A DNA stretch of 45,809 nt, the filler included, from Streblomastix strix (lineage: Eukaryota): assembly GCA_008636045.1 (NCBI GenBank). It is 2 parts of 2 records of this genome, joined end to end, with 100 filler letters (N's around TTAATTAATTAA, not from the genome) between each part and the next. Parts side by side here need not be neighbours in the genome. Positions count along the whole stretch, not along the records: positions 22,989 to 45,809 come from SNRW01000306.1; 1 more part is not named here. One strand, given 5' to 3'. Within the stretch, counting starts at the first letter, position 1, and each line of letters begins with the position of its first letter. The position numbers and the translations under genes were made by a program. The notes under the pieces are model-generated. The model saw only the letters and a list, made by a program, of their open reading frames with translations. It was not told where the DNA came from and ran no database searches. This document shows positions 36,429 to 45,809 of this stretch, piece by piece.

Positions 36429-39400
36429 AAGAATCAGTCCTTTTAGACAATTTAGCAAGTCTCAAATGTTGCAAGGTCTCACCGCAAACGTCGTTATCAA
36501 CGTCAAAATCAACCAAAATAATCATAATCTCCATTAAACAAGGTAAAAATTAATAAAAACTGCCTATATTAGCATCGATTTTAACAAATACGTGATTTTG
36601 TGTCGCAAAAGCAACGTAATCAACAGTAAACTAAAATTTCGCCGACGAAGCCGCATGTAAAACCTCCAAAAAATAACTTTAAAGAAACCATCGAAAAATA
36701 ACTTCGAAAACAGCGGCACAAACTTAAATCAGAATCTCGCAAACAGCGAAATAAGAAGCGTAAATAGCGTAAATCTGCAAAAAATTAAGATACGAGATTG
36801 ATGCTCGAATAGATGAATTGTGAAAATTACTTATTTTTGGATATAACATTATGAACAAAGTTTAGATGAAAATTCTCGCAAAATTCTCAGAAAAAGTCAA
36901 GTTGAAATTCAAGATCTCATCGATAAATACGGTGATTTTATTTTATTATTAGTTTCTTATGCCGATCCCGAATATATTATATTTTCTAAGCCGCTAAATA
37001 TGGATTTGCTTACGTAATCAATTAATGAACCTAGGACCAGATAAAGTGGAATTAAACTAGATTTTCATAATTTAACTGATGCAACTCCAATAACAGTTGA
37101 TTTCTTTCATAATGATATTCGTTCACCGGAAGATATTGACAAATTCATTGAATACGTGTACACACATGAAAAAGGAAGACTATTTAAATGTACTTTTGAT
37201 TTTGGTGTCGGTATTGAACGTAACGAAATGTCCGAAAACATGAAGGAATAACTGAAAAACAAGAAACTTATACATAAACTCCAATATATTGACGGACACT
37301 ACTTAGCTACTTACAGAATTAAATTTATTGATAACAATTTCAGTTATTTACATGCTCCAAAGATTCTCTTCGATAGAAATTCAATCAATATTTTCAAAGA
37401 ATATGTTCGTTCATCAATTTTGTTTATGCAAGAATTCGGAGAACTAACTGATACGAAGGAATTGATTGTAGCAATCTTTTTGATGTAAATTACATCTCAC
37501 AGACTACCTTTTCCGGGTAAAAACATGGAAGAATTGCTTAAAATTCTCAAGAAAAAAGTATTATCAAATATATTCATACTGATGATGATTGTAACATCTG
37601 TTTCTGGTATAATTTAACATGTGTAACTGTGTCTGATTTAGGCTGTGCCCTGTCAAAAAAAGAAGGAGTGAAAATTGATAGATATAAACGAATTGCTGAA
37701 GATAAACGTTTGTTATTCTCCTTTTACGGAATTTCAGAACCTAATTAACGTAAATTTCTCAAAGAATATCCAGGATTTAATTGGAATGATGCAAATAAAA
37801 TTGCAGAAAAATATAATATAAATATCAATTGTTATGAATACGCCTGCGAAGGATTCGAAGATGATGTTTAAAAACCCAAATATTAATAACAAATTTCATA
37901 TCCTGACATGTAAGTTGAAGAACGTAAACCTTATAATATTCTCTTATTAAACGATGGTATTGGCAATTAACACATAATGTATATCATAAACGTCGTGAAA
38001 CAGAATGGATTACTTATTTGCCCAATCTGCAACAATCATGCAATAAATGCAAACGAAAAAAATAGTCACATTTAACGCAAAATGGATGCTCACATCAAAG
38101 AATATATGATGAAACTTGGAAATCTAAATAAATAAATTAGATTAGAGAAGTTTTCAAAACCATTTATACCGCACATTATATTGAATTAAACTTATAAATA
38201 TCTTCTTTATCACAATAGATTATAAGAATATAAGCCAATGTAATATTATATTACGTTTCTATTTAACTCAATGCCTAAATAAGAGGATGATATAAAATAC
38301 CCTGTAATCAAACCTATTTCTGTTGTGTCAGCTATTAAAACTAAGTCAGGAATAAAACATGTTATTTCGATTGTAGTTAAGCGAATTTTGTAGATTAATT
38401 GATTTATTAACTATTTGCAGAAGCAAAGTAAGTTAAAATCGATAATTTGTACCCGCGAAGTGGTTAAGCTGATTATTCGGCGTACCTTGATGAGGTACCT
38501 TAACGGTATGAAGTACCTTTAATTGGATTTGATTCTTTGAAAACATCAATTAACTTGATGTTCAGAAATCTCCAATCGCATAACTATGAAATTGTCGATT
38601 TTGTTGGATAAACATCATCTTCTGAATATTTTGAAGTAAAACCAACCGAAAAATATCAATAAATCATGAAAAAAATTACATTAAAACGTAAACTCCATTC
38701 ATCATAAGTTTCCTTATGCAAAGAACAATTTAGTTGACAATATTTTCTTTGAGAAATTCATAGAGGAAGTTGGTTAAGCTAAGTTTTATGAAAACGACAT
38801 TCTCGAATAATCAAAACTAATGATAAATTCCATTGATTTTTTAATAAATCTATATTTAAAAAACAAAATTGACTTATTTGCGAATATAATACTTACAAAA
38901 TTTGCTTGTTTTGATAAATATTCTCATGAATATAAGAATTTTGATATTTATATTGATTACACTCCATAAACCAACGATCCATCATTTAATTTAACTTAAA
39001 AACAATGGAAACATAAAGTGGAATCTTATAAAAAACAAGACAAATTAAAAAAACGACGTACGGATCACATTGTATCTGATTCTGATAATAAGTATTTTCA
39101 TGATTTATTCATTTCTTCTTGTTGTCACATGTGTAAAACAAGATTTACTTATAAAAATCAACCAACTTTAGATTGAATATGTAACTCAAAACCACATATA
39201 AAAACAAACGTTAAGCTTTGTTTTCTTTAATGCAATAAATATGCCTCAAACAAAGATAAAGATATATGTCGATTTATGATATAATTGCGCAAATTTGCAT
39301 AATTTAATCATCTTGCAATGATTATTTCTGAACATAAAGTTTATAAAATCTTAAGGAATAATATGATAGGAGAAAATTCGTATGTTATTCACAGAGAAAA

Positions 39401-40890
39401 TAAATCTGGAATAACGCCAATTAACAAATTTAAATATAATTCTTCAGATAAAAACAGTTCATTCCATCGATTTGCCATATATCATTTCGCACATAGCATG
39501 TCTTGATTTCAATTCCTTTTATCCTTCTGTAATGAGCTAAAATTCGCATGTTCTGATTCCGTACACAAATCATAAGATATATATACCTGGAGATATATCT
39601 TCAATAGTGAAAGACGATCACAGATCAAGATAAATCATTTATAATGAATATTGATTCTCATGCGATGAGAATGTCATTGAAAACATGGTTTATTTGTTCA
39701 TTATAGTTGTAAAAGCTCATATCCTAGAAGAATTTATCAATGAATTTATAGATCTTCCTTTAATTTGGCGAAATCTTAAGATAACAATGAATAAACAAAC
39801 TATATGGAAATATAATGATAAAATTGTGATTGAACATCATATGGTATGCGATAAAAAAGAATCAAAATTACTTATGCTATCGTCGACACATAATGAATTC
39901 ATGACTTTTAACAACTATTACTTACTGTTTCTTACAGATAGATATCATCTTGTAATTGATGAAAAATAATAAGTCATAACATATAGTAAAAATATTGCAT
40001 TGCACGAATTCGTCAATGAAACTCATAGGCTTAGATGTGATGTATTTGTTGCAGGTAATAAAAATCTAGAATTAATGTATAAAATAAAACTGAATGCATC
40101 ATTTGGTTATGACGCATTGTATACCGAGAAATTTCAAGATATAAGGATATGCAATAGATAAAAACTTTGACTATGTCATATGCTAAATATATTTATACTA
40201 GATAGATATTTGGCTGATAATTTATCGGTGGTTGAGTAAGAGAAGAGGAAATGTTAATGCTCAACACCATTATAAGTTGCTTATTTCGTGATGGATAATT
40301 CCAAATTTTTCTATCTTAACACTTTCTATAATTTCCTTGTTACATGTCTTGACATGAATAAAATTCATGTTATTTACGGTGAAATTGACAGTTTATGTTT
40401 AGGAATCGATGATGAAAATTGGCCAATTCTAAACTAAAAATTATGGAATAAATTATTTTCTTAATTTTTTTCAATATCTGATTAAATTCACGAAAAGAAG
40501 AAATTGCTTGGTTTGAACATCGAATATCAAGTAAAATCATGCTTTTCTTAAGCTCCTAAGTGTTATTATTTAGATATAAATGATAGAGGCGAAATTATGA
40601 AGCTAAAGAGGGTTATTCAATAGATAAATACAAATATTTCACGGAATTCCTTAATTAGAAATATTTAAGATGATTATCGCACTGAAATAACACGGAAATC
40701 TGTAATTCAAAAATAAGGTCTAATGTCGGAAATAATATCAAATCGTGTTGGTTTTAGCGGAATTAGTACAAAAACAATAGTTCTTAAAAACTAATCGTGT
40801 ACGCCTATTTTGTATGAAATTATTGTTGAAAAATATTTTGCTTTTTCGAATGGGATAAGAACGCTAAGCGTCACTAATGAAACACATTGA
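36429..40890 (+). pseudogene. polB: Protein-primed PolB (decayed; start approximate)
   Basis: CNICFW, ICPICNNH, CHMCKTRF...PTLD, LDFNSFYPSVM, KIKLNASFG, YGEIDSL (degenerate DTDS), APKCYY. Confidence 0.88.
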
Positions 40891-40948
40891 ATGTGCAGCT
40901 TTTAAACCGTTAATTATTAACTTACATTATTTTTGCATAAACTTATAA

Positions 40949-42128
40949 ATGAACGTACAAACATAAGAAAAAGTGCCATAGTGGATCGAACATATCGCTC
41001 ATTATAACATAAATCAAATAAAATTTTAAGAGTTTGTCAAGAACAAGAATAAGTAAAATCTCGGAAAATTTAATAAAAAGATGCTTGAGAAATTATATAA
41101 ATAATGCATATAAAAACATGATTAATCAAGTGTTCCATGATTACGAAACAAATCGAGGTTTCATAATAGAAAAAAAACGTATCCGAAATAGGAGGGCACA
41201 TTGAATTACCCATTCAAATTGAAAGTTGAATAATTTAAGAAGAATCATGGCGAAATACCCCAAAAAGTACAAGAAATTCCGCCTGGTTATTAAATAAAAC
41301 CATTATCTAAGCTAAATCGTCCATATTATTCTCCATACTTAGGATCTTCGGATATAGATTTGGTTTTTTCGATGGACGAACATATCATTCGTGCCATTCA
41401 AATATATCTTTTCTGCGCAAATATTAACACAAAATATCTCGTAGTTTTCCCACTAAGAAATAAATCAGCAGGTTAAATCATGAATATGTTGAAAATTTTG
41501 GTTAAGAATTATAATATTACGAATATCAGAGGCGATGGCGAGAAAGAATTTAATGGAAACATATTGAAATCATTCTGTTACGAGAATAACATTACTTCAT
41601 TCTTTACCGATTCAAAATTCATAAATCGTAACAAAGTTGTCGATTCTCTTATTGGAACTATTCGCAATGGATTTTGAAATGATTCATTGAAGTTTGTAGA
41701 TAGTGATTTTATGCAACAAATAGTATAAATGTATAACTAGGCTCCTCATTCTGACTATGACAATAAATTTACTTCAGAATAAGCCAACCCTAGTAATGAT
41801 ATTGAAGGGATTTACATAAGATAATAGTAAAATTAGCTCTTTGAAATAAAAAATAACAAAAAAAATTAGAGTTCGTGTCATTCTCTCCGTGAAATATTCT
41901 TATGATTCATCTTGATTTTTCTAAAACAGGGTATTAGTTCGTAAAATAAAGAAGAAATTTCAATGAATTAGCTGAATTCATTAGATATTCAAATGGAAAT
42001 CTGGTTGCCAAATTATTAAAATCATATTCTGATATAAATATTATAGAATTATCGAAATAATATTGCAAATTGGTTGCAAAAGAAATAAGTTAATTAGATT
42101 AAAATATCAATAATATTTCAAAATATGA
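40949..42128 (+). pseudogene. RVE integrase (decayed)
   Basis: DIDLVF, LFCANINTKYLVVFPL, IRGDGEKEFN, VVDSLIGTIRN. Confidence 0.85.
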
Positions 42129-42139
42129 GATCTGCTAAA

Positions 42140-42589
42140 ATGGAAATTGTCGTTTTATAAAATAGGTAAATTAAAATGTAAAATTCTGAATCATGTTACA
42201 ATGAATATCGTAGGAATTAGTTAGCGATGCAAATCAGCTGAGCTGATCGAAGGCTAACGCCTGAAAGCGTCGCAGATGTAAAGAGATAATCATAACAATT
42301 TATATATTAAACAGAAGAAGAGTCATTAAAAGTTGTTGAAATTAGCCGTAAATGTGCACGTTCAAAGGAATTTCTAAAAATGAATATATATCAGTAATTT
42401 GCACCTGATTCTTAGCAATTTTTAATATATTGATTGCGAAGATTGATTGTAAACAATGAAGTTGAGATTGTTTTAATGCATTAAATCGTAGATAAATACG
42501 ATGAAAAGGATAAGAAAATAATGGAATTTGCAAATACTGTTGATTTAAAAGAAGCTGCGTAATAAAAATAAGATATTAAATACGAATGA
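42140..42589 (+). pseudogene. Homologue of the small post-integrase ORF (two internal TGA)
   Basis: QFLIY*LRRLIVNN...IVDKYDEKD versus QLLIIKKLKKIIVN...IKKYDNKKD at 22230-22335. Confidence 0.5.
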
Positions 42590-42612
42590 AATATTTTTAG
42601 ATATATATTACT

Positions 42613-43343
42613 CATCTTAAATCTGTTTCATTGAAACATTTTTCAGGAATTTCCATCTCTCACAAAAGTGAGTAAGCAACGAAGTGACATGTGAAGTTGT
42701 CAAGCTACGCTCGGTTGCTTATGATTTTGGATTCTCAGCTTAAGATGGAATTTATGGTTGACGCAATGATTCCTCAACTTATTTCTTTTACTTTAACATC
42801 TTTATTTAATCCTTATATTTTTCAACTTACTTTTTTGAATCTTGATGTTATTGTTTGATAAATGCATTTTCTGTTCGCAAACTTATATATTCTTCAAGAT
42901 CAGCATATGGTGAAGTGTAATTTATTTATGGTTTTATATTATTTTCTATGGAGTTAGCTTTGGAGTTTTCACGGGTTTCTCGACAATGGTTTATTTATTA
43001 TCTTCTTCATCGCTGTATAATTGCTCATATGATTTAAATAGACGTCCACTTTATGAATAGATTGCTTCATAAACTGAACGCTCACGCGTGTATTTATCAT
43101 CGACATCATCATCAAAAACGCTTTCAACTTAACGTTTTGCTTAACGTTTTGATTTTGTTTATCCTCCACCACGTGCTTACAATCACAATTTAGTTTTTTA
43201 AGCTTAAGTCAATGTTTTGGTAGTTTCTTTCCTTCTTCATATATTTTTATCTTATTCTTTGCTTTCATGATATATTCATCATTGAATTACTCAATTGATG
43301 AACCGTTTTCCATGAGATTCTTGAGTGCTTATGATTGATTCAT
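42613..43343 (-). pseudogene. Hypothetical viral ORF (decayed)
   Basis: Long interrupted table-6 frames from ATG 43343; no recognised motif. Confidence 0.35.
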
Positions 43344-44278
43344 TTGATATTCTCTGATTTTATTTTATTTAAATTCAAAATCTTTACAACAGCATAAACG
43401 AATCAAATTAGAGTTCATAAAAGCAATCATACAAATCCTGTTAAGAAAGAATTATTAGAAGAAGATAATGCAAGATTATAAGCAATTGATGAAGCGATAA
43501 TAAATGGTTTTCGGAAATAGATTGAGATTCTGTAGCTTTAAATTCCACGGAACTAGCAAAACCTATATTTTGACATAAACTGAGCGGCTCATTCGTATAA
43601 ACCGACTAAGTCCGCTTGCACTCCGTGTAAACTCCGATTTAATCAAAAGAAATATAAATTGATTAATCCAATGAAGAATACTTATAACGTGGAATACAAA
43701 CTGCCGTAGGCATCAACGAGCGAAGTGCAGTTATAGATCGTCCGCGAAAACGACTTTATAACTTCCATATATATAAAGAAGTTTAACGTGAAACCGCTTA
43801 AGTTGAACCAGAATAAGTTATAAAAGATACATTCTTATCTCATCCTAACTTTGAAGTATAGAATTTCATCATTGATTGCATCTGGAGATGCGTTGATTCT
43901 CGTAGGAATGGTGAAGATTTCATATTTAAATCCAGTAACTATATAAAAGTCTGGGCATTAAAAACATAAGAAGAATAGAAAGATATTGAGATTGTTATGG
44001 AAGAACCACTGATGAGATATAATAGTTGTACTTCGAAAAAATATAGCAGGAAAGAGATTGTAAAAATAAATGATGTTCTCATTAAAATGTCTCTATTTCA
44101 AACATTAATAATGTATTATGGAATAGTATTGAGAAGTTATATCTTCTAAATAAGGACTTCGTTAGATTATCTGACAAACTAGGATCAGATATTGGTTCAA
44201 ATGAATTCTGATTAGAATATAGAGGCTGCATAAGCTCACCGCCACGAAGTGAAGGTTCAGAATTTATTTTTGTTTCAA

Positions 44279-45366
44279 ATGGAGGAAAAGCAGCCAACTT
44301 CAGATATCGAAATACCGTCAGAAGAAGAACTATAATAAATGAAATTAGAATTTGAGAAGATGAAGAAATAATAATTAGAAATAGAACCATTACAGAAGTT
44401 ATAAAAATAAATAACTTAATAAATTGATAAAGATATTATAAAATATTTTACTTATTTTAGTTAATTCTTTAAGAAACCATCTTTATCTAATTTATCGCAT
44501 TTAATAAAACTAGATTTAGCTAAATATATTACTTGAACTAAGACATTTGCATATCATATCATAGCAAATTCTTTTATAAAAACTGATAGTACTTAAAATT
44601 AAATATTATTCTCTAATGGAGATACATCTGATATAGATGATTTCATATTAAAAAAGAAAACATTTGCGTTTAGTGATTTTACTCTATAGTCTAATACATC
44701 AATAGATGCTAAACTAGGTGGATTAAAAATAAATAGAGGAATCAATAAAGATTTAGATAGTAATATATATTTATGCACTAATGTATGTGATAGTTTCTAA
44801 ATAATCGACGGCCACCCCACACTTATCCCTACTTTAGAATTTAGTTGGGCATTATCATCAAAATTGACTAATACAACTACTGAATTTATAAATGATTAAT
44901 AATTCCAGATATTTAAGATGCTTGATGTTAATAATATAAATAGAGGCTTATTTATCGATTAAGATTGTATTTAATTAATATTAAGTGGTAAATAATATTT
45001 CCATGTACTGCAAAAAGAAGATAATTTCATGTAATTGATAATGTAACTTGTTTAAATTAAAATTCATTAGTTTTACATAGTAGTGGAATAGTTTATATAA
45101 ATGACTATTTTCAATGGGCATCACCTGGTGGAACTTCTACAGATGCTATTATAATGGGTACAGTTGATGATGATTTTATTCCTTAATTTACTGAAACACT
45201 TTATATGTAACATTTAACTGCATCATCAGCAAATACAAATTAATATAAGGATAGTATAATCAATTAATATGGATAATTTATTACTAATTCTAATTCACAT
45301 ATATCAATTCCAACTTCGTTAAATATGGAAGTTAACGGATGTTATTATTTCAATAATGTTGCTTGA
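44279..45366 (+). pseudogene. Fibre-like protein of element 2 (interrupted)
   Basis: IT*TKTF...ANSFIKTDSTQNQILFSNGD matches the module of the 3924-6716 protein; Asn/Thr/Gly-rich remainder. Confidence 0.55.
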
Positions 45367-45809
45367 AACTTCTTCAATTTTAAACACTATTATAAAAAGT
45401 TTTAAGATTCAATAACTTTAAATACAGAATGTATTTCCACATCCTAGCGAGTTCTTCATCTTACTTTTCGATGACTTCTTTAATTAAATCCTCTATTTAT
45501 TCGTTTGTATATTTAGACCAATGAAAAAATTCTTGTTTCAGTTCTGATTCCATCTTGATTTTCTTCTCCCTTTGGGATAAAGCCGTTCCGGCGTTTCGTG
45601 GACGATAAACAAATTGAAATGTATAGATGATTTTATTCAATGGCACTAAAATCACATCAAAATAACTCCATAATTACTTTATTAATGAGATTATTTATAT
45701 AAGTTTTTCATAAATAGATAATGAAATTACGGATACTATGAAGTTATCTCTATAAAATATAGAAATAATTTTTGCTAATAACAGATTCATTTGGCAACTG
45801 ACAGAAGCA

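Larger units (their letters stand above)
33677..45809. mobile_element. Second, more decayed Polinton/Maverick-like element (element 2); ends not identified, runs off the window
   Basis: Primase-helicase, pPolB, integrase, post-integrase ORF and fibre homologous to element 1. Confidence 0.87.

Noticed and set aside
22671..45809. Clustering of two viruses and a DIRS element as an integration hotspot
   Set aside because: Element 1 is separated from the rest by an artificial linker, so adjacency cannot be assumed

Overview
AT-rich eukaryotic (protist-like) DNA read with translation table 6 (TAA/TAG=Gln, TGA the only stop), which is why the supplied standard-code ORF track shows only fragments. 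Bases 1-22670 are an almost complete ~22.7 kb endogenous Polinton/Maverick-like virus: ~98% identical terminal inverted repeats (TIRs), Prim-Pol/D5 primase-helicase, two fibre-like proteins, a small amphipathic protein, probable major and minor capsid proteins, KilA-N protein, packaging ATPase, multi-domain protein-primed PolB and RVE integrase. Its most unusual feature is eight copies of a TIR-derived ~100-150 bp element carrying 9-bp tandem units. They lie only between genes and strictly alternate in orientation, dividing the genome into inverted-repeat-bounded modules. After an artificial 100-bp contig linker (22889-22988) come AT-rich host DNA, a full-length decayed DIRS1-type tyrosine-recombinase retrotransposon with ITRs and an ICR (26355-31658, minus strand), and a second, more decayed Polinton-like element with homologous gene blocks in a different order (~33677 to window end). 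All calls come from manual translation and motif recognition; no database search was run, and boundaries of frameshifted genes are approximate.
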